Below the pieces are notes generated by a model. It was not told the DNA's origin, did no database searches, and was given only the letters and a program-made list of their open reading frames with translations. DNA of 64,000 nt from the human T2T-CHM13v2.0 reference genome, Homo sapiens. The stretch lies in assembly GCF_009914755.1 (NCBI RefSeq), contig NC_060925.1, one strand, 5' to 3'. Every line of letters starts with the position of its first letter. Position 1 is the first letter of the stretch. The translations under genes and the position numbers were made by a program. Positions 12,901 through 26,044 of this stretch are shown one piece after another.

Positions 12901-13331
12901 ACTTGGAACCAACCCAAATGCCCATCAATAATAGACTAGAGAAAGAAAATGTGGCACATATACACTGTGGAATACTATGCAGCCGTAAAAAAGATGAATT
13001 CATGTCCTTTGCAGGGGCATGGATGAAGCTGGAAACATCATTCTCAGCAAACTAACACAAGAACAGAAAACCAAACACGGCATGTTCTCACTCATAAGTG
13101 GGAGTTGAACAATGAGAACACATGGACACAGGGAGGGGAATATCACACACCTGGGCCTGTCAGTGGGTAGGAGGCTAGGGGAGTGATAGTATTAGGAGAA
13201 ATACCTAATGTAGATGACGGGTTGATGGGTGCAGCAAACCAACATGGCACGTGTATACCTATGTAACAAACCTGCACATTCTGCACATGTATCCCAGAAC
13301 TGAAAGTGTAATAAAAAAAAATTTAAAAAAA
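9980..13331 (+). mobile_element. 5'-truncated L1PA7-like LINE-1 (ORF2 from the end of EN through RT, 3'UTR and A-tail)
   Basis: ORF2 peptides ([35 protein letters not shown]); 3'UTR ...aatgtagatgacgggttgatgggtgcagc...; A-tail 13310-13331. Confidence 0.95.
9987..13108 (+). pseudogene. Disrupted L1 ORF2 (reverse transcriptase), multiple stops and frameshifts
   Basis: ORF track fragments 9987-10475, 10578-10943, 11125-11523, 11489-11935, 12253-12510, 12592-12939. Confidence 0.93.
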
Positions 13332-13705
13332 GACAGAGATTACAGATGTACTCAAATCAAATTGGCTTACTTGCCTATATTCTTGTTTTTCATGGATGTT
13401 GGCCCCTTAAGTCCTAGTTGCCTCAGCAACTCTCTAGAGCATTTACATATGAATATGTGTATAGGTGTGTATAATGTATGAAGAATTGTGGTACATTTAT
13501 ATGCTGTAAGCTACCCTATCCTAGTCAAAATAATGGGGATATAAATAGTTATAAAACTATATAGGTGATGCCATGCATTGTTTTTAAATAAGCACAGGTG
13601 TAATAAAGTAGGTGAGTTGATTACGAATTTAAATTTCTAAGAATTATTTTTGAAGGATCTCAGTAAATATAGTTTGAATGGTAAACATTTATAGATAAAA
13701 AAAAC
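13332..13705 (+). other. L1 3'-transduced segment plus second A-tract
   Basis: Non-L1PA, non-LTR sequence between the L1 A-tail and the downstream TSD aaaagcctgtctgg (13706-13719), which matches aaaagtctgtctgg (9966-9979). Confidence 0.8.
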
Positions 13706-14041
13706 AAAAGCCTGTCTGGGTATAGTGGGGACTCGGAGTCTCTTCTCTTCTCCTGTGGTTAATTTTTCCTAATTATTTGATGAGATTCCTAAGGAGGGGG
13801 TCTTAAGACAGTTACATTTCTTTTGGAAAGAAGCCTCCCTAGTCAGATAAGGAAATTCCAGAGAGAGTCCCTTGCTGCGCTTCAAAAATGAAAGAGGATC
13901 AGAGAGACAGAGGGGTGGGGGAGGGTCAGAGGGAGACCTTGGTTCTGAGGCTTAGTTCTGAGGCCTTTCAATTTCTTTAATTCAAAGCACTCAGCCTGCT
14001 AAAGTGCCATATTTTGGGGTATCTTTTTCTGAACCCCAACA
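13706..14041 (-). mobile_element. MER39/MER34-family LTR, right part
   Basis: Ends tgccatattttggggtatctttttctgaaccccaaca, the reverse complement of the TGTTGGGG.TCAGAAAA.GATACCCCAAAATATGGCA LTR start. Confidence 0.85.
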
Positions 14042-14044
14042 ACA

Positions 14045-15850
14045 GTACTCCATGGTGTACCCTTGCCACATTTAACATTACCTCTCCCTTTGTTATGGAC
14101 ACTTAGACTGCTTCCAGTTCCCTACTCTACAAAAGAGCTGCAATAAGCATCCTCATATATGTACCCATAAGGACCCCCTGTGGGAATTACTTTGGGATAC
14201 AGATACCGCAGTGAAATTTCTGGGTTATGTATGTAATCATTTTGTCACCAGATTGTTCTCTGGGGTGTCTGTATCTACACTTCTACAACTTTATACTTGT
14301 TGCCAGCTTAATGGACATAAAGCGGTAATTCCTTGATGTTTTATTTTGAATTTCTCTGTGAACTAATTATTTAAAAAATACTTCACATATTTGTTGGTCT
14401 TTTGGGTTCCCTCTTTTGCAAATTGCCTATCTTACCCTTCCCCTGTTTTTACTGAGGTTGTTTTTTTTATACTAGTTTGCAGGAATCCCTTAAATATCCT
14501 AAGTAGTGACTAGCTTAAACATAGGTATGTATTATATCAATCTTTTATATGTCTGTTGACTTTGTCAGTGGCTTCACATGATGACAAGTTGAGCTTAAGT
14601 TGAACTCTTAAGTTTTATATAATCAAATTATAAATTTCTTTTTAGTTCTATAGTTTATGCTTTTGGGGGTTTTAAATAAAACTCCCAAATTTCTTTCTAG
14701 TCTTTGGAATATATAGATATTCTGTTACATTTTTGTCTTTTAAGCTTATTTATTGCTTTCTCTTTTATTTTTAAGACTTTAATTTATCTGGAGCATAACT
14801 TTCTGGAGGTTTTAGGTAGGGATGTACAATTCTTTTCCTACCACCATCCAGTGAACCAATAGATGTCTATATGCTTTCTTTTCTGAAGTTTTATAGTATC
14901 CCTTAGAAGCTTATATGGAGCGTACCTCCTCGCCCCCATCTCTTTTTATCAAGGCTGATTCTGTTTGTTGATATTTATTCTTTCTTGTAAATGTTATAAT
15001 GTATTTATCAACTTCCTCATAAAAATTCAAACTAGCATTTTTATTAAAATTGCATTAAAAAAGAGAAGCTCTTTGACTTTTTACATCTCTAAAATATCTT
15101 TACTTTGCTCTCACATTTAATTGATAATTTGGCTGGGTATAGAACTCTATGTTGAAAATTATTTTCCCTGAGAACTTTAAAAGCACTGGCCCATTGGCTT
15201 CTAATATCTGCTGAGCTGATGAGAAGGCATCCTTTGCAGGTAACTCATTTTTCTTTCTGGAGGCTTTTAAAATCTTTTTGTTATGCTCAGAATTTTGACA
15301 TTTCAAAATTATGTGTTTAGCTATGCATCTTTTTTTCTTTTTAAGTTATCATGCTAGGCATTTTGTTTGTACTTTTAATCAGAAGACATGTCTTTTTTAA
15401 GCTCTGGGAAAATTTCTTGTATTATTTCTTTGATAATTTTCTCCCTTTTAGTTTCTTTTGTTTGTTTGTATTGTTTTTAGGTTTCTCTTTACGGAGCTTA
15501 TTAACTGGATGTTGGTAACCTTTGAATTTCTTTTCTTTTTTCATGACTTTGTTTCTTTGCTTCATTTCTATAAAATTTATTTGACTTTTTTTTAGTTCTA
15601 AGTATTTTATTTCAGGAATGATTTTAAATTTCTAGTATCTTTGTTTCCAATTTTTATTAATTAATTCTTTGTCATAGCACTCATTTTGTTTTGTGAAGGC
15701 AATACTTTTATTTACTGTAGGATTTAAAAATCATTTTCTTTTTTATCTGACTTATTTTGAAGTCATTTTGTCTATTTCTCTTTCATACTGTTTGTTCTCT
15801 TCATGTTTCTGGTCATCAGTGGCTATGTCTTCATATCTAAGAAAGCAGGA
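14045..15850 (-). mobile_element. Ancient L1ME/L1M fragments
   Basis: Degenerate L1 antisense motifs (gcaataagcatcctc, gaatttctctg, ttggctgggtatagaac); ORF 15100-15306 (KKILKASRKK...FNIEFYTQ) resembles L1 ORF1. Confidence 0.65.
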
Positions 15851-16254
15851 CTGCATACTGGTATGAATTTACTCTGCTATTGTGGAGGTAGGACTCTTTT
15901 CCCTAAGGTATCTTCCCTGAATGGGAATTTTAAGGGGAGTTCTGTGTGGGGTGGGTGGGGCAAAGCAGAGCATATCAGTGTTTACTTTATGATGAGCCAG
16001 GGGGAATCAGTTCACAGGCTGTGGGCCCACACATACCAGGATAGAAGGTCTTTTCTCAGGGACACCAGTAAACATACTATCAACATTTGTTATTCCCATG
16101 TGAACAATTGCTTTAGAGATTTATTGGCTTTTGATGTGGGAGTAAATGCTGTCTGACAATTCTACTTCAAACAGGCAGGTGATAAACTTCCATTTTGATG
16201 GATAAAATTTGTCTTGTCTATAGTTTTAGAAGTTCCCCAATTGAGACTATCTTC

Positions 16255-16690
16255 CTACCTTCATGGAAGACAGATGGCACCTTCAATATGAAATAATTAG
16301 AGAAGGTTTGTATACAAAAGAACTATTTGTAATGATATGCACAGGAGATGGTGCAATAATTCAGCGTCTTGTTAGCGATTGAGCTGTTACCATGCTGAGA
16401 CCCAGAAAGACCAAGGTGGGAATGTTTTTATAGAGTCAGCCTTCTTGAATGGAACAATGACTTTTGGTGGATGAATACAGTTATCTCTCAGTGACCTTGT
16501 AGGGAGGGAGCCACCATTCTCCTCCCTTCACTACTACAAGTGCTTCAGCTTCACATTGGCTCAATCCAAGTGAAAGCCAGAGGACTTGGGAAACAATTGA
16601 TGTGCTCCATACAGATGACTCTCAGGACAGAGAGCAGAGTAAAGAAAGGCAGACAGGGGATCTGGTAGGGAAAATGGAAAATATACAGCA
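16255..16690 (-). mobile_element. LTR41-like ERVL LTR
   Basis: acagatggcac...aagccagagg...gatctggtagggaaaatggaaaatatacagca. Confidence 0.55.
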
Positions 16691-16814
16691 AAATAAGTCT
16701 GCCTTGTTTGAGGCCTATCTGTAGCTGCCAGATATTTTGAGATGGCTCGACATCTAAAGCTGCTTTTGCTTTGGAGATATCTGTGCCCTGTGGACAGAAA
16801 TGAATTAAGGGGCC

Positions 16815-17180
16815 TATCTTAGTTCATTCGGGCTGCTATAACAAAATACCATAGACCAGGTAGCTTATAAATGACAATTTATCTTTCATAGTTCTGAAGG
16901 CTGGAATATCCAAGATTAAAATGCTGGCAGATTCTGTATCTGGTGAGGCCCTGTTTCCTGATTGATAGATGATGCCATGCTGTTGTGTCTTCACATGGTG
17001 GAAGGGGCTAATGAGCTCCCTTGGGCCTCCTATAAGGAAACTAATTTCATTTACATAGACTCTAACCTCGTGACCTAATTATCTCCCAAAGGACCCACTT
17101 CTAACAACATTATATTAGGGACTAGGTTTAACATATTTTTTTTTGTTGGTGGAAGGGATACAAATACTTAGGCTATAGCA
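16815..17180 (-). mobile_element. MLT1A0-like MaLR solo LTR
   Basis: tcttagttcattcgggctgctataacaaaataccataga...ctatagca. Confidence 0.85.
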
Positions 17181-18257
17181 GGACCATCTAGATTTGGGTG
17201 AATCCAATGCCACTGTTTATTAATATGCCATAGATATCTTCTGTAGGGATAGTGTTGCAGGATGAAACTTGTTGACTTTAGGTCCAAGTCCTGAGATTGG
17301 ACAAATATAGTTACTTACCCGGTAAAATAAATCACAGAAGTAGGAGTGGGATCTTTTCAGATACCAAAATTAAAAACTCCATGTGACTTTCTCTATTTTA
17401 ATAACTCATCAGTAAAGCAATTTTAGAAGGTTGTAATGAGGAGATATATGAGCATGGACATTTGAAATTTCTAAAGATAAGAGCAAACTCTGCTCTGGGT
17501 TCTCTTGCTCAGCAAGATCTAATTCTTGTGCAGAAGCCATGAATTTTGAACCAAGAGGCTTTCTGAGATTTACATCCATACCTGATGTTTGCCAATATAA
17601 TATCTGGAATGTCCCTGGTCTAGTTCACCCTTTTTCTGAGTGCTGACAGCAACTTCTCAGATGAGCAGGTAGTTGGAAATCTCATGTAACCTAACTCCTT
17701 GACCCTGGCAATAATGTGTTGTTGCAGGGCTGAGGTATGGAATCCTTCTGGACTTGATCTTTCTGGTTCTGTTACACTCTGCAACGTTAGAGTGTATAAA
17801 AACAAAAATGTAAACAATATTTTGTCAGGGTTCTTTTTGCCTCCACACCATCTAAAAGGCTTTGCTTGGCAGAATGCAGTGAACCAGTGTCACTGTTCCC
17901 CCCTTGAATACCTTCAGCTTGCTCTATCATTTTCGTGGAGCTGTAGTCTCTGCAAAAAGAAATTGCTCTGGTCACTAGGCATCCATTGGTGGCAACTGTG
18001 CTTTAGAAAGCCAGTGACTTCACTTTTGTGTTGATATAGAACCTCCATTCCTGAGCTTGAGGACAGTACCGAGTAGGGGAAAAATAAAGTGCCTTCTTAA
18101 TTTCTTTCAGGCTATCAAGGATACCCTGTTAGGAAGCCTTAGCAAGCTATTTTTTTCCTAGAAAATTATCTGTTATATGAAATTGAAAAAATAGTCCATT
18201 ATGTTCTTCAATTTTTCTTTGAATCTGAGTTAGTTATTTATTTCATTCTTCTCATTG

Positions 18258-21200
18258 TTTTTTAAAAATTATTTTTATTTGTAATTTTTGTGGGTACATA
18301 GTAGGTGTATATATTTATGGGATACATGAGATATTTTGATACAGGCATGCAATATGTGATAATCTCATCGTGGTAAATGGGGTATCTATACTCTCAAGCA
18401 TTTTTCTTTTGTGTTACAAACAATCCAATAAAGCCTTTTAGTTACTTTAAAATGTACAATTAAATTATTATTGACTATAGTCACCCTGTTGTGCTATTAA
18501 ATACTAGGTCTTATCCATTCTTTCCAACTATTTTTGTACCCATTAACCATCCCCACCCCGCTGCCGCCATGCCCCCACTATCCTTCCCGGCCTCTGATAA
18601 CCATCATTCTCCTCTCTATCTCCATGAGTTCAATTGCTTTAATTTTTAGCTCTCACAAATGAGTGGGAACATGTGAGGTTTGTCTTTCTGTGCCTGGCTT
18701 ATTTCACTTATTGTAATGACCTCCAGTTCTATCCATGTTGTTGCAAATGACAGGATCTCATTTTTTTATGGTTAAATAGCACTCTATTGTGTATTAATAA
18801 CAGATTTTTTTTATCCATTCATCTGTTGATGTACATTTAGTTTGCTTCCAAATCTTGGCTATTGTGAATAGTGCAATAAACACGAGAGGGCAGATATCTC
18901 TTCAATATCCTGATTTCCTTATTTTGGGGTGTGTACCTAGCAGTGGGATTGCTGGATTGTATGGTAGTTCTATTTTTTTTTGTTTTTTTGAGAAACATTC
19001 AAACTGTTCTACATAGTGGTTGTACTAATTTACATTCTCACCAACAGTGTACGAGGGTTCCCTTTTCTCCACATCCTCACCAGCATTTCTTATAGCCTGT
19101 CTTTTAAGTAAAAGTCATTTTAACTGAGGTAAGATGATATCTCACTGTAGTTTTGATTCGCATTTCTCTGATGATCAGTGATGTTGAGCACCTTTTTATA
19201 TGCCTGCTTGCCATTTGTATGTCTTCTTTTGAGAAATGTCTATTCAGATCTTTTGTTCATTTAAAAAATTGGATTATTAGATTTTTTTCCTATGGAGTTA
19301 TTTGAGCTCCTTATATATTCTAGTTATTAATCCCTTGTCAGAGGGATAGTTTGCAAATATTTTCTGCCTTTATGTGAGTTGTCTCTTCACTTTCTTGATT
19401 GTTTCCTTTGCTGTGCAGAAGCTTTTTAACTTGATGTGATTCCATTTGTACATTTTTGCCTTGATTGCCTGGGCTTGTGAGATATTACTCAAGAAATCTT
19501 TGCCCAGACCAATGTCCTGGAGAGTTTCCCCAATGTTTTCTTATAGACATTTCATAGTTTAAGGTCTTAGATTTACATCTTTAATCTATTTTGATTTGAT
19601 TTTTGTACATGGTGAGAGATAGGGGTCTGGTTTCATTCTTCAGAATATGGATATCCAGTTTTCCCAGCACCATTTATTGAAGAGACTGTCTTCCCCAATA
19701 TATGTTCTTGGCATCATTGTCGAAAATGAGTTCTCTCTAGGTATGTGCATTTGCTTCTGGGTTCTCTATTGCATTCCATTGGTCTGTGCATTTGTTTTTA
19801 CTCCAGTACCATGCTGTTTTGGTTACCATAGCTCTGAAGTATAATTTGAAGTTAGGTAATGTAGTTTCTTCAGTTTTGTTCTTTTTGCTCAGGATAGCTT
19901 TGGCTCTTCTTGGTCTTTTGTGGTTCCATATAAATTTTAGGATTGTGTTTTCTATTCCTGTGAAAAATGTCATTGGTATTTTGATAGGAATCATGTTGAA
20001 TCTGTAGATTGCTTTGGGTAGTGTGGATATTTTAACAATATTCATTCTTCCAATCCATGAACATGGAATATCTTTCCATTTTCGTGTGTCCTCTTCAATT
20101 TATTTCATAGGTTTTATAGTTTTTATTATAGAGATCTTTCACTTCTTTGGTTAAGTTAAATTAATTCCTAGTTGTTTAATTTTATTTGTGGCTATTGTAA
20201 GTGGGATTACTTTTTAAATTCCTTTTTCAGATTGTTCAGTGTTAGCATATAGAAATGCTATTGATTTTTGTATGTTAATTTTGTATCCTGCAACTTTACT
20301 GAATTTGTTTATAAGTTCTAATAGTTTTTTTGCAGTTTGTTTGTAAGTTCTAATAGTTATAAGTTCTAATAGTTTATAAGTTCTAACAGTTTTTCCAACT
20401 ACGTTATATCATCTGCAAATGAGGATCATTTGACTTTTTTCTTCTCAATCTGAATGCTATTAATTTTTTTCTCTTATGCGATTGCTCTAGTTAGAACTTT
20501 CAGTACTATGTTGAATAACAGTGGTGAAAGTGGGCATCCTTGTCTTGTTCCAGATCTTAGAGGAAAGGCTTTCAGTTTTTCCCCATTCAATATAATATCT
20601 GCTATGGGCCTGCCATTCACGGCTTTTATCATGTTGAGGTATGTTTCTATACCCAGTTTTTTGTGTTTTCTTTTTTAAAAATCATGAAGGGATATTGAAT
20701 TTTATTAAATGCTTTTTTAGCATCAATTGAAATGATCATATAAATTTTTTCCTTCATTCTGTTGATATGATGTACCACAGTAAATGATTTACATATGTTG
20801 AACCATTCTTGCATCCCTGGAATAAATCCCACTTGGTCATGATGAATAATCTTTTTAATGTATTGTTGAATTTGGTTTGCTAGTATTTTATTGAGTATTT
20901 TTGCATCAATATTAATAAGGGATATTGGCCTGTAGTTTTCTTTGTGTTTTTGATGTGTCTTTGGTTTTACTATGACGGTAATACTGTCTTTGCAGAATGA
21001 GTTTGGAAGTAGTCCCTTCTCCTCTATTTATTGGAATTGTTTGAGTAGAATTGGTATTAGTTCTTCTTTAAATGGTGGAATTCAGCAGTGAAGACATCAG
21101 GTCCTGGGGTTTTCTTTACTAGGAGACTATTACTGTTTCATCTTGTTACTTGCTATTGGTCTGTTTAGGCTTTGGGTTTTTTCATAAGATTGTGTTTTTC

Positions 21201-24200
21201 AATCTCGGTAGGTTGTATGTGTCTAGGAATTGATTCATTTCCTCTAGATTTTCCAGTTTATTGGCATATAGTTCCTCCTAGTGGCCACTAATGATCCTTT
21301 GAATGTCTGTGATATCAGTTATAATGTCTCCTTTTCCATCTTTGATTTTATTTACTTGAATATTCTCTTTTTTTCTTAGTCTGGCTAAAGGTTTGTCACT
21401 TTTGTTTATCTTTCAAAAAACCAACTTTTTGTTTCATTGGCCTTTTCTTTTGCTGTTTCAATTTCATTTATTTCTGCTCTGATCTTTATTAGTTCTTTTA
21501 GGAATTTGGGGTTTGGTTTCCTCTTATTTTTCTCGTTCTTTACGATGCAACATTAAGTTATTTGAAGTTTTTTCTCTTTTTTGATGTAAGCACTTATGGC
21601 TGTATATTTCCCTTTTAGAATTGCTTTCACTTTCACTGTATCCTACAGGTTTTGCTGTATTGTGTTTTCATTATCATTTGTTTGAAGGAATTTTTCAGTT
21701 TCCTTCTTTTTAAAAATTTTTAATAGAAACAGGTTCTTGCCATCTTGCCCAGGCTGATTTTGAACTCCTGGCCTCAAGCGATCCTCCTGCTTTGGCCTCC
21801 CAAAGTGCTAGGATTACAGATGTGTGCCATGATGCCTGGTCTCAATTTCCTTCTTAATTCTTCATTGACCTATGGTCATTCAGGAGGATATTGCTTAATT
21901 TCCATGTGTTTGTATAGTGTCCAAAATTCCTCCTCTTGTTGATTTCTAGTTTTATTCCTTTGTGGTTAGAGAAGATGCTTAATATTAGTTCAATTGTTTT
22001 GAATGTTTTAAGACTTGTTTTGTAATTTAATGTGTAGTCTATCCTTGAGAATGATCCATTTGCTAAGGAGGAGAATGTGTATTCTGCAGCTGTTGGATGG
22101 AATGTTCTGTAAATACCTATTAGGTCCATTTGCTCTACAGTGTAGATTAAATCCAATGTTTCTTGTTGATTTTCTGTTTAGAAGATCTGCCCAATGCTGA
22201 AAGTGAGGTGTTGGAATTTGTAGCTATTGTTGAATTGAATTCTAACTCTTTCTTTAGCTCTAATAAAATTTGCTTTATGTATCTGGGTACTCCAGTATTG
22301 GGTACATATATATTTACAATTGTTATATCCTGTTGCTGAATTGACCCCTTTATCATTATGTAATGACCTTCTTTGTCTCCTCTTATAGTTTTTGTCTTAA
22401 AATCTATTTTGTCTGATATAAGTTTAGGTACTCCTGCTTTTCTTTGGTTTCCATTGACATGCAATATCTTTTTCTGTCTCTTTATTTTCAGCCTCTGTTT
22501 ATCTTTATAGGTGAAGTGCATTTCTTGCAGGCAACAGATCATTAGATCTTGCTTTTTCATTCATTCAGCCACTCTGTATCTTTTTTATTGGAGAGTTTAG
22601 CCCATTTACATTCAATGTTATTATTGATAAGTAAGGATTTACACATGCCATTTTGTTATTTGTTTTCTGATTGTTTTGTGTTTATCTCTTCCTTTTTTTC
22701 TTCTTTCCTGTCTTCCTTTTAGTGAAGGTGATTTTCTCTGGTGATATGTTTTAATTTCTTGCTTTTTCTTTTTTGTATATCTATTGCATGTTTTTTGATT
22801 TGAGGTTACCATGAGACTTGCAAATACTGTCTTATAATCCATTATTTTAATCTGATAACAACTTAACCCTGTTCCAAACAAACAAAAATAAAACTAATAA
22901 AGACTCCATGTCTTAACTTTGTTCCCTGCTTTTTAACTTTTTGTTCTTTCTCTTTATGTCTTATTGTACTGTCTATGTCCTGAATAGTTGTTGTAGTTAT
23001 TATTTTTGATTGGTTCATTATTTAGTCTTTCTACTTAAGATGTGAGTAACTTACACCTTACAATTACAGGATTATAATATTCTGTGCTTGTCTATGCAGT
23101 TACTATTACCAGTGAGTTTTGTACCTTCAGATGATTTCTTATTGCTTATTAATGTCCTTTTCTTTCAGACTGAAGAACTTCCTTTAGCATTTCTTGTAGG
23201 ACAGGTCTGGTGTTGATGAAACCCCTCAGCTTTTGTTTGGGACAGTCTTTATTTCTCTTTCATGCTTGAAGGAGGATACTTTCACTGAATATACTCTTAT
23301 GGGGTAAAAATTTTTTCCTTCAGCATTTTAAATATGTCATGCAACTTTTTCCTCGCCTGTAGGGTTTCAGCGGAAAAGTCTGCTGCTAGATGTATTGGAG
23401 CTCAATTGTGTATTTTTTTTTCTCTTTCTTGCTGCTTTTAAGATCCTTTCTTTATCCTTGACCTTTGGGAGTTTGATTATTAAATGCTTTGAGGTATTTA
23501 ATACCTCAAAACCTCTTTGGGTTAAATGCCTTGAGGTATTTAATACCTCAATACCTCTTTAGATTAAATCTTCTTGATGTTCTATAACATTTTTGTATTT
23601 GAATGTTGATACCTTTCTCTAGGTTTGGGAAATTCTCTGATATTATCCCTTTGAATAAACTTTCTACCCCTATCACTTTCTCTATTTCCTTCTTAAGGCC
23701 AATAACTTTTAGATTTGCCCTTGTGAGGCTATTTTCTGGATATTGAATGTGTGCTTTATTGTTTTTTATTCTTTTTTTTTCTTTTGTCTCCTCTGGCTGT
23801 GTCTTTTCAAATAGCCTATCTTCAAGCTCCCTAATTCTTCTGCTTGATCAGTTCTGCTACTAGGAGACTCTGATGCATTCTTCAGTATGTGAATTGCATT
23901 TTTCAACTCTAGAATTTGGCTTGATTGTTTTTAATCACTTTAATCTCTTTGTTATATTTATCTGATAGAATTCTGCATTCCTTCTCTGTGATATCTTGAA
24001 TTTCTTTTTTTCTCAAAACAGCTACTCTGAATTCTCTGACTGAAAGGTCACATATGGCTGTTTCTCCAAGATTGGTCCCTGGTGCTTGGTTTACTTCATT
24101 TGACAAGGTCATATTTTCCTGGCTGGTCTTGATGCTTGTAGATGTTCTTTGGTGTCTGGGCATTGAAAAGTTACGTACTTATTGTAGTTCTCACAACGTG

Positions 24201-26044
24201 GGCTTCTCAATCTGTGCCTGTCCTTCTTGGGAAGGCTTTTCAGGTATTTGAAGAAATGTGAGACCCAAGCCCAGTAATGTTGTGGTTCATGCAGACTTGT
24301 AGATGTATCACCTTGGTGGTTTTGAATAAGATCCATATGAACTCTTTGGATTATCAGACAGAGACTCTTTCTCTTTCCTTACATTCTTTCAAACAAATGG
24401 TATCTCTCTCTCTGTGTTAAACTACCTGGAGGTAGGGATGGGGTGATGCAGGCACACTGTGGCCATCACACCTAGAATTGCCCTGGCTCTGACTGGAAGC
24501 CAGCACAACACTGGGTCTTTCCAAAGGCCTGATGTAACCATTACCTGTCTGCCACCTATGTTCACTTAATGCTTTAGGGCTCTGCAATCAGCAGGTAGTG
24601 AAGCCAGCCAGGTTTGCATTCTTCCTTTCAGGTTGGTGAGTTCCCCCAGGCCCTGGGCGGGTCCAGAGATGCTGTCTGGCAGCCAGGAATCAGAGTCAAA
24701 AACCTTAGAAATTTACCTGGTATTCTCTTCTATTCTGGCTAAGTTGGCACTCAGATTATATGGCAAAGTCCTTCTCTCTTCCCTCCCCTTTACACAGGCA
24801 AAAGAGCCTCTCCCTGTGGCCACTACCACCTCTAGCCCATAAGCAGATCACACTGCCAGGCCACTGCTGATGTTCACTTAAGGTCCAAGGGTGCTTCAGT
24901 CAGTCTGTGGTGAATACTGCCAGGCCTGGGACTCACACTTTAGGGTAGTGGGCTCCCCTCTTGCCCAAGGCACTTCCAAAAATTTTGTCCAAGAGCCTAA
25001 GCCTGGACTTGGAACCCAAGAGCCTGCTTGGTGTTCTATTTCACTGTGGTTGAGCTGGTACCTGAAGCCAGCACATCTCAGAGTCTCATCCAGGGTCCAT
25101 GGCATACTATCTGGGTATTGCTCTTGTTTATTCAGGGCCCAACAATTCTTTCAGCAGGTGGTGAATCCTGCCAGGACTGGGTCCTTCTCTTCAAGGAATA
25201 GTGTTCCTTTTTGGCCCAATGTGTGTCTAGAAATATTGTCTGGGGGCTAGGGCCTGGAATATGGGCCTCATAATTCTGCCAGGTGCCCTATCCTACTGTG
25301 GCTTATCTGGTATCCAAGATGCAAGACAACATCCTCTTTACTCTTCTCTCTCCTCTTCTCAAGCAGATGGAAAGAGTCACTTTTGTTGCTCTAAGCTTCC
25401 CTGTCTGAGGTTAGGGGAGGGGTGTTGTAAACACTTCTAAGCCACCCTGCCTGATGTCTCCCTAGGTCATATGCTGCCCCATTCCATTGGCTCTAAGTCC
25501 AGCATAGCACCAGGACTTGCCTAAGATTTTCAGTCTTTATGTCCTAGACTGCCTTTCAGGTTCACTTGGGACCCTAGTACGCTTCAGCCTGTTGTGGTGA
25601 GGCTTGCTGAAACTCAAATTCTAAGCACTGGAATGGGCCATTCTCCTCCGGCTAGGGCTGGTCCAAATGGTCCCTCTGTGGGCAGGCACTGACTGAGTTC
25701 AGCATGGTTTTACTTTCTGCTGTGACAGGGTAGCACAGAGTTCAATGCAAAGTCACTCAGTCACTGTGCTCTCCCTCCCCCAAGTGCACAGATTGTCTGT
25801 CTGTGCTGCACGGCCATTGCTGGGAGGAATGAGGGAGAGGTGTTATCTGTGAATCAAGACTGTCTCTCCTATGTCTTCAGTGCCTCTTTCAGCAGTATGA
25901 GGTTAAAACTAGGTTCTGTGATTACTTACCTCATTTTTGGTTCCTATGAAGGTGCTTCTTTGTGTGCAGTTAGTTGTTAAAATTTGGCGTTCCTGTAGGG
26001 GGAACAATCAGTGGAGCCTTCTATTCCACCATCTTGCCTCACCC
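18258..26044 (-). mobile_element. Near full-length L1MA2-like LINE-1 (3'UTR, decayed ORF2 and ORF1, repeat-containing 5'UTR)
   Basis: Minus-strand ORF2 peptides ([40 protein letters not shown]); ORF1 start near 24163; 5' end ccaccatcttgcc. Confidence 0.93.
21709..21842 (-). mobile_element. Free left Alu monomer (FLAM_C-like) inserted in L1MA ORF2
   Basis: Single left-arm monomer; TSD cagtttccttctt (21696-21708) / caatttccttctt (21843-21855). Confidence 0.85.

Noticed and set aside
331-26044. Similarity of 650-4020 to 22720-26044 as a local duplication
   Set aside because: Two diverged L1MA copies with different flanks.
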